This document shows, piece by piece, positions 1 through 9,015 of a DNA stretch of 64,000 nt. Position 1 is the first letter of the stretch. The number at the start of each line of letters is the position of its first letter. The stretch is from Candidatus Magasanikiibacteriota bacterium (lineage in GTDB: Bacteria > Patescibacteriota > Patescibacteriia > Magasanikbacterales > UBA922). Where the stretch lies: contig JACPSK010000001.1 in assembly GCA_016193335.1 (NCBI GenBank), positions 22,716 through 86,715 of the forward strand. Direction: 5' to 3'. A program made the translations under genes and the position numbers. Below the pieces are notes generated by a model that worked only from the letters and a program-made list of their open reading frames with translations, was not told the origin of the DNA and did no database searches.

Positions 1-1916
1 AAAGTAATGGCAAATCCCTGTACAAAACTGCTGCCAAACCAAACCAAAAGCCCGCAGGTGATAAGCGTGGAAACATTACCGTCTCGTATAGATGACCAGG
101 CGCGGATAAATCCTTCCTCAATAGAAGTTTTGAGACTTTTGCCAGACCGCAATTCTTCTTTCATCCGCTCAAATATAAGCACATTAGCGTCCACAGCCAT
201 GCCAATGGAAAGAATAAAACCAGAAATTCCAGCCAAGGTGAGCGTTACTCCCATTACTTTAAATATCGCGAGGGTAAGAAAGGAATAAAGAAGCAAAGAT
301 ACGGCAGACAAAAGCCCGGGGAGACGATAGTACAAAACCATAAATAATACAATCAAAACGAGAGAAACAATACCCGCTTTGATACTCTGAGCAAGCGCTT
401 CTGAACCCAAACTGGCGCCAACAGCTTGCTGTGAAATAAGATTTATGGGAATAGGCAAAGCGCCGGCGTTTAATCTCTGGGACAAAAGCCTCGCTTCCTG
501 TATATTAAAACTCCCTGTTATAACGGCCTCGCCGTTTGAAATGGCTGTTTGCACGGTAGGAATGCTGATTGCCTCCCCGTCAAGAAAAATGGCTATGGGA
601 TCGCCCACGTGACGTTTGGTGATTTCTTCAAAGAGTTTCGCGCCTTCGCTGTCAAAACGCAAGGAAACCTGAATGGCGCCGGTGGTCTGTTGAGTAACCA
701 CTTCAGCGCGGTCCAGTTGTTTCCCCGAAAGACCCGTGGCTTTCCATTCACTTTGCGGAGGGACGATATCTGATTCGGATTTGCTGCGAACCAAAATACG
801 CCATAATTCATATTCTTTTTTCGTTTCTTCATTTGTCTTGTATATAATATGGTATCCGAACTGAGTTTCCACCGGCCCGATAATGTCACCGGTATTCGCG
901 TCAAAAACCGCCTGTTCAAAGGCCGGAACCATGGCGCCTTTTTTGAAAAAACCCAAAGATCCTCCTGTATTTTTATTTGATTCATCGCTCGAATTCTCAG
1001 CGGCCAACTCAGCAAAATTTTCCCCGTTCGCTTTATTGTAAATTTCCTCTGCCTTTTTAAAGGCTTCTTCTTTTGTATACACCGGATTTGAACAATTTTG
1101 AGCCCCCAAATAACAAATCAATATATGGCTGGCTTCCACTTCTTTTTGTCCTTCCCGCTCTTCTCCTCTCTTTAAGACATTGTAACCATCAAAACTTTTT
1201 ATCAATTCGGTACTGGTATCTTGGTTCTTAGACTTCTCAGCCCATTCATAGAGCGGAGCAGAAAGCGGAGTCTTTGGCAGATATTGTAAATATCCGCCAT
1301 TATTTTTGCTTGTTTGGTCTTCTGAGACTTCTCTGGCCACTTGTTCAAAATCTTCACCCTTTGCTATCCTTTTTAAAATACTGTCAGCGCGTTTTTCCGC
1401 GTCTTTATTGAATTCTTCCAACTGTTTGCGCTCTTCTTCTGTAAGAGAACGAGGAGCTTCAGTATTTTCTTCTTTAAATTCAAGAATCGGAGTTTCTCCT
1501 ATCATGTCTATAGCTTGGTGCACGTTGTTCAGGCCGGGAAGTTCTACCAGCAGCCTGTGACTGCTGCCAACCTGGGTGGTTTGTATGTTCGGTTCTCCTA
1601 CTCCCATACCATTTACTCTACGCTCTATCACGTCTCGTACACCTTCTACCGCGTCCTTGCGGCCGGAATCTTCTATGTTTTGCAAGTCTGCTTCATAGAC
1701 CAGGCTCACTCCGCCCTGAAGGTCAAGCCCAAGTTTAAAATTATTGTTCGGGAGCTCCGGCAGAGCTATTCCTATGTATGTTTTTGTCCACGAAACCGCT
1801 TTGTTGTAGAACCCGGGCATAACAAAAATACTCGAGGCCAAAAGCAGAGCGAATATGCCCACTATCCCCCAACGCAATTTTGATCTGATTTGTGCGGCGC
1901 TTTTTTTGTCTGCCAT
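1..1916 (-). CDS. secD: Protein translocase subunit SecD with two inserted parvulin-type PPIase domains (3' end runs off the window)
   Basis: Not in the ORF track. Hand translation from ATG 1916: MADKKSAAQ...[10 protein letters not shown]...[12 protein letters not shown]...GALPIPI...VGASLG...[22 protein letters not shown]. Confidence 0.95.
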   Translation of the reverse strand, partial: [638 protein letters not shown]

Positions 1917-2006
1917 AAATTATCGAGGAGTAGTGTAGCAAAGCGAACAGAAGAGGTCAATATCTTTATGCACATAGATATATCAAGCTTTTAAATGCGT
2001 AAATTA

Positions 2007-2035
2007 TTGACAAAACCGAGATTTTGTGATATAGT
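2007..2035 (+). promoter_or_regulatory. Sigma70-type promoter for the deaminase gene
   Basis: TTGACA-17 bp-TATAGT with extended TG. Confidence 0.65.
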
Positions 2036-2220
2036 GTAATGTCGCAAAATTTGGGTTTTGTGAATTTATTTGTGTCCATCCCTTTACAATATATTTTTAG
2101 AAATTCTGCGAAGCCGGCCCGCTTCGCTCTCGCATTCGTTTTCGAATTTATTAAGAATATATTGTAAAGGGGTGGACTCTGATTCATTGAACGATTTTGT
2201 TGATGAGAGGGGGAAGGCAA

Positions 2221-2709
2221 ATGGAGAGATCATCAGATAATGATCGCACTGAGTTCACTCGGCGACGCGGAACTTTGGTCTCTATGACCAAGTTTACGGC
2301 CGAGGACGAGGCCGATCATTACAACGACTTTAATGTCGGCGCCACCATGCTTGTAGCCCGAGACACGCCTCACGGGCACCGTGAATATGCCACATTCTCC
2401 GCGGCCAACATGAAGCCGCACCGGGATGTGGTGAAGCTCTGCGCCGAGCGCATTGCCTTTGCCTGCCTGCGAAAGGCGCGCTGGACCCACGTGGTAGCGA
2501 TCGTGGTTTGCGGCCCTCCTCGTAAGGAGGATACCACGGCCACCCTGTGGCCTTGCGAGGTCTGCCGGCCCTGGCTCGACGCCATGCCGGAAATTGATGA
2601 TGATACCATCCTCCTTTGTGCCCACAACGGCACTGAAGAAGAGATGAGCTGGGGCAAGCTCATGGAGCTACACCCCGAAGATCGACGCTGTTCAGACCAC
2701 GACGAATAG
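2221..2709 (+). CDS. Cytidine deaminase-like zinc-dependent deaminase (high-GC gene)
   Basis: CAE (KLCAERIA) and PCxxC (WPCEVCR) motifs; purine-rich RBS before ATG 2221. Confidence 0.75.
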   Translation: MERSSDNDRTEFTRRRGTLVSMTKFTAEDEADHYNDFNVGATMLVARDTPHGHREYATFSAANMKPHRDVVKLCAERIAFACLRKARWTHVVAIVVCGPPRKEDTTATLWPCEVCRPWLDAMPEIDDDTILLCAHNGTEEEMSWGKLMELHPEDRRCSDHDE

Positions 2710-2728
2710 CGCAAAAACCGCCAGCCAC

Positions 2729-4177
2729 TTACTGTGTTCCCGAAAATTCGGGGTCAGAGTAAGGAGCTAAAGGCGGTTTTTGTTTTAATAGCCAGACGGT
2801 AAACAAAGAACCTCTGCCATATTCACTTTCACAGCTTATCTTTCCTTTAAAATCTTTTTCCACCAATTCTTTGCTTATGGAAAGACCAAGTCCGGTTCCT
2901 TTGAAGGGCTCTTTGGTGGTAAACAGAGCTTCGAATATTTTGTGGCGTATTTCAGGTAAGATTCCCGAGCCATTGTCTCTTATTCCTATTTTTACATATT
3001 CGGCTTCCTCGTTTATATGAATCTTTATCTTTCTTTTTTGCACCGTATTCTCTACAAAAGCATCTATGGCGTTTGACAAAAGATTGCTTAATATCTGATT
3101 GCATTCCAAAGGATTGCCAAAAATCTGTTCCTGATAATCTGCAAATATAATGATTTCTATATTTTTTTCCTTAATTCTATGATCCAAGACATCCAAAATA
3201 GAATAAATTTCTTCAGCGACAGAAAAATATTCTCTTACGTTTTGTTTTGAAAGCTGTTTTTGAACTCCATTTACAAAATACTCCATCCTCTCGGCATTTT
3301 TCATGGCTCGAGCCAGTGTATTTTGTATCTCACGATTTGTTTCGGTGTCAGTTTTTTGGGCCTGTCTTAGATTGAGCGACAAAGCCATGAGCGGATTGAT
3401 GAAACTGTGAAAATATCCTGAAGCCGAACGTCCAAACTCAGCGAAACGATATAATTGAGACAATTTTTCAAGCTGGGCTTGCTTGAGCTCCTGAGTTCTT
3501 TCTTGGATTTTGATTTCCAATAAATCTCGTTCTTGTCTCAACTCAGCCTCACTTTTTCGAGCTCGCGCGAGTGACCGTTCTATTTCTCTGTTGTAGAGCC
3601 ATGAAACGATAAATATAATAAAAAAGGTAACCGCGCTTAAGAAAGAATCGCCATATCTGAACACTTCATCTTTCCAATAGAGCTGAGGCGGACTGATGTT
3701 TTGAATTTGTATAAAACTGAGAGTCAATAAGACAGATAAACATAAAACCGACATAAAAATGGAAAAACGGGTACCCACCAAAATTCCTGACATGATAATA
3801 ATTAAGGCATACATCAAGAGACCTTGAGGCAAATCCGCGCCCCAGGCGTACAAGGAATAACTGCTCGGTACGAAATATAAAAAAATAAAAAGATACGAAG
3901 ACAAAAAATGATAGCCCTTGCGTGACAAGATATATAAAACAACAAAGACACCCAGCAATGACGGAATGAGCCACCATGGCGCTCCCCTGCCCTCAATTTC
4001 GCCATGGAGCTTTATTATTCTGTAGAGCACATAGAGACCTGCCGAGCTCAGGAGAATAATGGATCCTGAAAGCAGGACATTGAGAATAAATTCACGGCGT
4101 CTGATATCCTCAGTGCTTCCTCGAGGTTTGATGCGTCTCATAAGGTTTCCCAAAAAAAGAGATGCGTAGGTTTGCAT
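2729..4177 (-). CDS. Membrane sensor histidine kinase
   Basis: About 6 N-terminal TM helices, coiled coil, H box (GYFHSFINPL), N box (NLLSNAIDA), G1 DNGSG, G2 GTGLGL. Confidence 0.92.
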   Translation of the reverse strand: MQTYASLFLGNLMRRIKPRGSTEDIRRREFILNVLLSGSIILLSSAGLYVLYRIIKLHGEIEGRGAPWWLIPSLLGVFVVLYILSRKGYHFLSSYLFIFLYFVPSSYSLYAWGADLPQGLLMYALIIIMSGILVGTRFSIFMSVLCLSVLLTLSFIQIQNISPPQLYWKDEVFRYGDSFLSAVTFFIIFIVSWLYNREIERSLARARKSEAELRQERDLLEIKIQERTQELKQAQLEKLSQLYRFAEFGRSASGYFHSFINPLMALSLNLRQAQKTDTETNREIQNTLARAMKNAERMEYFVNGVQKQLSKQNVREYFSVAEEIYSILDVLDHRIKEKNIEIIIFADYQEQIFGNPLECNQILSNLLSNAIDAFVENTVQKRKIKIHINEEAEYVKIGIRDNGSGILPEIRHKIFEALFTTKEPFKGTGLGLSISKELVEKDFKGKISCESEYGRGSLFTVWLLKQKPPLAPYSDPEFSGTQ

Positions 4178-4241
4178 TCAAGTATATGGTTAACCCCGAT
4201 AAAATCGGAGATTTGATCCCCACAGGGACTCATTCTACACG

Positions 4242-4279
4242 AAATTCCCCGCGCATGGAAAAACCGGCGCGGGGAATTT
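4242..4279 (-). terminator. 13-bp GC-rich hairpin between the small peptide gene and the kinase (terminator or mRNA stabiliser)
   Basis: AAATTCCCCGCGC-12 nt-GCGCGGGGAATTT perfect inverted repeat. Confidence 0.6.
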
Positions 4280-4297
4280 TCGAATAAATGCTAATTT

Positions 4298-4408
4298 TTA
4301 TGGTGCCCAGGGATTCATGGCAATGGATTTTGAGAAAGCGATTTTTTTGATATTCGCCTTGTTTCTCGCGTCCTTTGACATGAGGATTTCCCGAATGATT
4401 TCACTCAT
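4298..4408 (-). CDS. 36-aa peptide MSEIIREILMSKDARNKANIKKIAFSKSIAMNPWAP, candidate ComX-like prenylated signal precursor
   Basis: Hand-translated ATG..TAA ORF, co-oriented between prenyltransferase and kinase; single Trp third from the C-terminus; followed by a strong hairpin. Confidence 0.6.
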   Translation of the reverse strand: MSEIIREILMSKDARNKANIKKIAFSKSIAMNPWAP

Positions 4409-4602
4409 ATAGTATATGTAAAAATGAATAAAATATTTACATCGACCTTTTTGGATAAACGGCTCACACTGCCCGCTGTATATGGAGGAACATTGTTTAT
4501 ATCTTTATAAACTTCTTCAAAATAAAATTTTTTGTATCTCAGAGGAAAAAAAGGCACAAATACATAGAGCCCTGGCTCTAACTTAACGGCAATATGAACA
4601 TT

Positions 4603-5571
4603 TCAACAATCAGCAATATAATCGGGTAAAATTTTTAGCAGATCAAACGCTTCTTTCCTATATCTTCTCTTTGAAAGCTCAGACAGACAGGCACGGGATT
4701 TTGTTATCTTCGTTTCGAATATATGCATCCGGTTCTTTGCGATCTTTTTCTTGGATAATTGATCTTCAAATTTTTTGGTGCCAGAGTTTAACGTATATCT
4801 TGCAATATCATCTTTAGTATCCTGAATATCATCTCTGATCTGATACGCAATGCCGCAAGATAGAGCGAATTCAGAAATACAAGAGCGTTCAGCATCTCTT
4901 ATTTTTGAACCGGCACAATACATGCCCAAGCAAAGAGGAAGTTCAAACGAATAATGCGCGGTTTTTAATGCGACGATTTTTTGATTATCTAAAATCTGTT
5001 TCTTGTTCACCTGAAAAAAAATATCCTGACCCTGGCCAAAAATCGTTTTAACAAGAATCATACTTACAAATTCGAATAAATACCCACTATTTTTTGTTTC
5101 AAAATTCTTTGAACCCAATAATTCAAAAGCCAAAACGCATAGCAAATCTCCGCACAAGATCGCCATCCGCGATCCAAAATATTCTTTTTCTGATGGAGAA
5201 AGACCCCCGAAAAATTGATGCTCCACGAAAGAGTAATGAGCACTCGGCCCGTCTCTTCTCGTCATGCTCCGGTCTATAATATCGTCGTGAATCAATAAAA
5301 AACTGTGGATCAATTCCATTGCTATAGAGGCCTTTAGGGCTTGGGCATTGGCATCTTCTTTGATCAATTCAAAACCCAAGCAAAACAAAAAACTTCTGAG
5401 CCGAGCCCCGCCGGAATCATGGAGCCGCTCTATTTCATTGAAAAAAAACGGCGAGACTTCAATATCAGCGTAACGATTTCTACATTCTGAAATAAATGTT
5501 TTATAAAGAGGATCAAAGTTTGCTTTATGCGCCGATAAAGCATCTTGGAATAATTTTCGTCCCTCGCTCAT
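4603..5571 (-). CDS. Polyprenyl synthetase family (trans-isoprenyl transferase fold), possibly ComQ-like
   Basis: LIHDDIIDRSMTRR, GQGQD, KT and QIRDDIQD motifs; the usual GKxxGxD loop after the second motif is absent. Confidence 0.85.
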   Translation of the reverse strand: MSEGRKLFQDALSAHKANFDPLYKTFISECRNRYADIEVSPFFFNEIERLHDSGGARLRSFLFCLGFELIKEDANAQALKASIAMELIHSFLLIHDDIIDRSMTRRDGPSAHYSFVEHQFFGGLSPSEKEYFGSRMAILCGDLLCVLAFELLGSKNFETKNSGYLFEFVSMILVKTIFGQGQDIFFQVNKKQILDNQKIVALKTAHYSFELPLCLGMYCAGSKIRDAERSCISEFALSCGIAYQIRDDIQDTKDDIARYTLNSGTKKFEDQLSKKKIAKNRMHIFETKITKSRACLSELSKRRYRKEAFDLLKILPDYIADC

Positions 5572-5692
5572 ATTTCAATATATAACATTAATTCTACAGA
5601 CGCATTATAAAAATTCGGAATTAATTTTTTCTAAACTTGATAAAGATTTAGATTCCGGGATTAAATTCTTGCAGTCCCATTTTTCCGCAAAC

Positions 5693-5728
5693 AAAAAACC
5701 CCGTCCGGCAAATCCGCCGGACGGGGTT
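5693..5728 (-). terminator. Rho-independent terminator
   Basis: AACCCCGTCCGGC-GGATTT-GCCGGACGGGGTT followed by a T-run on the minus strand. Confidence 0.8.
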
Positions 5729-6016
5729 CTTCTTAAATACACTATGCGAGTTACAGAGATTTCGACAACATAAATTGCTATTTCCCTTCGAACAAATCCG
5801 TTTGGCTTGCTTATTTCATTCGCCTTCTTCACGGCAGAGTGAAAAAATTCATGCCACTATTTCTTATACTGTGTTTAAGAAGTCTGTCAGTGCGCGGCCT
5901 GACCTTCGAGATCCTCCTTGGGGATCGCCCGCGCGCGAGTAGAGAACGTGGAAAGAACGGAAGGCTAGGCGCGAGGCGCGCCTAGGGGTGGAAGGAGCGG
6001 AGCCGAGGGCCGGGGC

Positions 6017-7003
6017 CTACTGGAGGAAGCCCCAGGCGTAGCCGTTCATCGTCGCGATGACGGGCTGGCCGCTCTGGGTCACGGCGATCAGCCAGGTCCC
6101 GGCCGGGAGCTCGTAGCGCATGTCGGACTTCTGGCCCGTGGTGACGTCGATGACGTCGATGATCGCCCCGGACTCGGAGTCGCCGTTGACGCCGAGCATC
6201 TCCTCGGTGGCCGAGTTCCAGGCCAGCGCGCTGTAGGAGACGTGCTGGCCGTTGTTCCAGGCCTTCTGGAGGTCCGCGATCCCGTTGGCGCTCAGGTAGA
6301 CCGTCTTGCCGTCGTTGAGCTCGGCGAGCACGGACACCTTCTTGCCGCCGAAGGCCTCGAGGGAGATGACCTGCGTGACGTCGTCCTGGGTGAAGCCCGC
6401 GCCGAGCCGCGAGATCGTCTTCGCGTCGATCTCGATGATGACCGGCTTGGCCTCGTTGCCGATACCGGCCATGTAGAGCCGGTGGCTGCTGCGGTCCTGG
6501 GCCACCGCGGTGACGCTGCGGAGGCCGAGGCGAGCCATGGCGGTCTCGGTCTTGTCCTCGAGCTGGCCGTCGTCCTTCTTGCGGAAGAACTGGACCTTGA
6601 CCTCGCCGCTCGTGCGGAAGGCGTCCACGTTGAAGGTCTGGCCGCTCTCCAGCTGGCCGAGACCGCTCTGCTCGATGTGCTCCGAGAGCTCGGCCGAGGT
6701 GACGGACTGGTCGTCGATCCCGAGGGTCACGATCACGAGGTCGTCCTTCGTGTAGGTCCGCCGGATGCGCGCGGCGATCGTCTCCTCGGGGCTGGCCGTC
6801 TTGCCGTCGCCGAGGTCGATCTGACCGAGCTTGTAGAGCGAGCCGGGGACCATCTCCTCCGTCGTGCCGTAGCCGAAGACGGTGAGCCGGTGGTCGAGGT
6901 TGCCCAGCCCCATGAGGGCCAGGCCGCGCTGGACATCGATGTCCACCTTGTTGATGCGACGACCCGTGATGGGCGCCGCGCTCTCGAGCATGAACGTGGT
7001 CAT
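6017..7003 (-). CDS. Hypothetical protein, very high GC; C-terminal part possibly beta-rich/propeller-like
   Basis: 328-aa ORF with nearly all third positions G/C, GGAG RBS and its own promoter; overlapping ORFs are GC shadows. Confidence 0.8.
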   Translation of the reverse strand: MTTFMLESAAPITGRRINKVDIDVQRGLALMGLGNLDHRLTVFGYGTTEEMVPGSLYKLGQIDLGDGKTASPEETIAARIRRTYTKDDLVIVTLGIDDQSVTSAELSEHIEQSGLGQLESGQTFNVDAFRTSGEVKVQFFRKKDDGQLEDKTETAMARLGLRSVTAVAQDRSSHRLYMAGIGNEAKPVIIEIDAKTISRLGAGFTQDDVTQVISLEAFGGKKVSVLAELNDGKTVYLSANGIADLQKAWNNGQHVSYSALAWNSATEEMLGVNGDSESGAIIDVIDVTTGQKSDMRYELPAGTWLIAVTQSGQPVIATMNGYAWGFLQ

Positions 7004-7065
7004 GATTTCTCCGTTTCCTAGTCATCAGACGAATCCCGCAGCGGGATGCCGCGAGAACGCGCGCA

Positions 7066-7094
7066 AGTATACGCTCCACAGAAATCAAGGTCAA
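7066..7094 (-). promoter_or_regulatory. Sigma70-type promoter for the high-GC gene
   Basis: TTGACC-17 bp-TATACT on the minus strand. Confidence 0.65.
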
Positions 7095-7208
7095 GCCGTG
7101 CTGTGGATAAACACAAGCCTATCCAATAGCTCAATTGCGCGAAAAAGCCCAAAACACTCCATAGATTGATTTTCGCGCTTTTTTCTGATATGATGGCTCT
7201 CAGTCTAT

Positions 7209-8339
7209 ATGAGCATAGCTTTGGATTCTATTTTCAGTTTGCGTACTATTATCGGATACGCCATTTTTGCTTGTATTTTTGCTTTCCTTTGGTCCCCTCT
7301 TCTAAGCAAATTTCTATACACCTACAATCTCACCAGACGGCCTGAATACGACGCCACTTTGGCTATGGGCGCGAGACGCGGCAAAGTGGGAGTTCCTGTG
7401 ATGGGTGGTTTATTGGTCATTGTAACGGTGGCGGTTTTAACCGCAAGTTTTAATTGGGAACGAAAATTTACTTGGGTCCCCATCGGAGTAATGCTCCTAT
7501 CAGCCCTTCTCGGCGGTATTGATGATGTAATGAATATCTACGGCCATCAAAGAAGATCGAGAAAAATCAAACATATTTTACGCTTAATCAAAGTGCACAA
7601 AGAATTGAGGCAAAGAATCTGGCTTTCTATTACTCTCCCTTGGTCTATCTTCAAAAGAAGCTCGCTCTGGCTGGGCTCGCATCCGGGCAAAGGCATTCAT
7701 GTGCATGAAAAACTCCTTCTCCAATTTCTCGCCGGTTCCATTACCGCGTGGTGGATATATGTAAAACTTGGCGAACACTGGCGCACCATATTCATTCCTT
7801 TCGACGGATATATCAATATCGGGTGGTGGATTATTCCTCTCATTATTTTTTTTGTGATGTTCACGGCCAACGCGGTAAACGTGGCTGACGGCATGGACGG
7901 TTTGGCAGGCGGCTCGCTTATTAGCACCTTTGCGGCGCTCGCTCTTCTAAGCTGGCTCGAAGGATTCCAGGAAATCGCCATTCTCAACGCCACTACCGTA
8001 GGCGCGCTCATTAGCTATACGTATTTTAATATCAAGCCGGCCCGCTTCCAAATGGGAGACGTGGGGTCGCTCGGCCTGGGATCCCTCCTTGCCATCAACG
8101 CCATAGTCATAAATAAAATGCTGCTTCTTCCTTTTTTGGGTTTTATTTTTTATCTCGAACTCTTGAGCGTAATCATACAAGTGCTCGGCAGGCACCTTTT
8201 GAGAAGACGAATATTTAAAATGGCGCCCATCCACCATCATTTCGAAATACGAGGTTGGAGCGAAGAAAAAACCGTCATGCGTTTTTGGATTTTGCACGCG
8301 GGCTTTGTGCTCCTTGGAGTTTGGATAGCTTTATTGTAA
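7209..8339 (+). CDS. mraY: Phospho-N-acetylmuramoyl-pentapeptide transferase
   Basis: PVMGG, GGIDD, NAVNVADGMDGLA, MGDVGSL and KMAPIHHHFE motifs. Confidence 0.92.
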   Translation: MSIALDSIFSLRTIIGYAIFACIFAFLWSPLLSKFLYTYNLTRRPEYDATLAMGARRGKVGVPVMGGLLVIVTVAVLTASFNWERKFTWVPIGVMLLSALLGGIDDVMNIYGHQRRSRKIKHILRLIKVHKELRQRIWLSITLPWSIFKRSSLWLGSHPGKGIHVHEKLLLQFLAGSITAWWIYVKLGEHWRTIFIPFDGYINIGWWIIPLIIFFVMFTANAVNVADGMDGLAGGSLISTFAALALLSWLEGFQEIAILNATTVGALISYTYFNIKPARFQMGDVGSLGLGSLLAINAIVINKMLLLPFLGFIFYLELLSVIIQVLGRHLLRRRIFKMAPIHHHFEIRGWSEEKTVMRFWILHAGFVLLGVWIALL

Positions 8340-8348
8340 ATTTTTAAG

Positions 8349-9011
8349 ATGTATCTTTCTTGGGGAACACATACCATTCAGTCTTTCAGAGAACATGAAA
8401 TAAATGCTCTATACGACGAGGGCTATCTGTTTACGCGACTTGAAAAAGGAATCATGAACAAAACAAGAAGCATACGGATAAAATGTCCTGATTTTTCGTG
8501 GAGCAGTGAAAATAGGAGAATCTTAAAAAAGACCGAAAGCTTGATGCTCAAAGAGCACCGGATACCTTATTCGGGGTATGATTGGCGAATCGCCAAAATG
8601 GCAAAAAATTTTTATGACACAAAATTTGGCGCAAAAACATTCAGCGCGAACAAAATAAAAGAATTGTTGACAAACAAAAAAACTACCAACTTCAATTTGT
8701 TGCTGGAATTTTATATAAATACCAAAAATACCGCAGAGGCTCTCGGCTACGCCATTTGCGCGGAAACAGAGGAACTCATACACTATGCCTATCCTTTTTA
8801 CAGACTTGATTCTGAAACATGTAATATGGGAATGGGCATGATGCTCCAAGCCATTGAATGGGCCCGTGGAAAAAATAAAAAATATATATATCTCGGTTCT
8901 GCCCAGCGCCCCGGGGATATTTACAAACTCCAATTCAAGGGTTTGGAGTGGTATGACGGACAAAAATGGCAAAGCGATGAAAACGCCTTAAAAACTCTGC
9001 TCAAAAACTAA
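8349..9011 (+). CDS. Aminoacyl-tRNA-protein transferase-like (ATE/Bpt-type GNAT) protein
   Basis: RSIRI...SSENRRILKK, YAYPFY, MGMGMMLQAIEWARGKNKKYIYLG and YKLQF resemble the ATE C-terminal domain. Confidence 0.6.
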   Translation: MYLSWGTHTIQSFREHEINALYDEGYLFTRLEKGIMNKTRSIRIKCPDFSWSSENRRILKKTESLMLKEHRIPYSGYDWRIAKMAKNFYDTKFGAKTFSANKIKELLTNKKTTNFNLLLEFYINTKNTAEALGYAICAETEELIHYAYPFYRLDSETCNMGMGMMLQAIEWARGKNKKYIYLGSAQRPGDIYKLQFKGLEWYDGQKWQSDENALKTLLKN

Positions 9012-9015
9012 ATCT

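Noticed and set aside
4405-4605. Frame stays open for about 65 codons after the prenyltransferase TGA (possible UGA=Gly code or readthrough)
   Set aside because: TGA ends conserved genes at their expected C-termini (rpsI, tsaE, elp3), so code 11 applies. The extension has no recognisable motif.
5693-5870. Known riboswitch (e.g. c-di-GMP, T-box) before the prenyltransferase
   Set aside because: No consensus aptamer motifs were recognised; only the terminator is supported.
5982-7094. 370-aa and 259-aa ORFs overlapping the high-GC gene
   Set aside because: The 370-aa ORF is an Arg/Gly/His-rich alternative frame and the 259-aa ORF is its antisense shadow, both expected from extreme GC3. Only 6017-7003 has an RBS and promoter.
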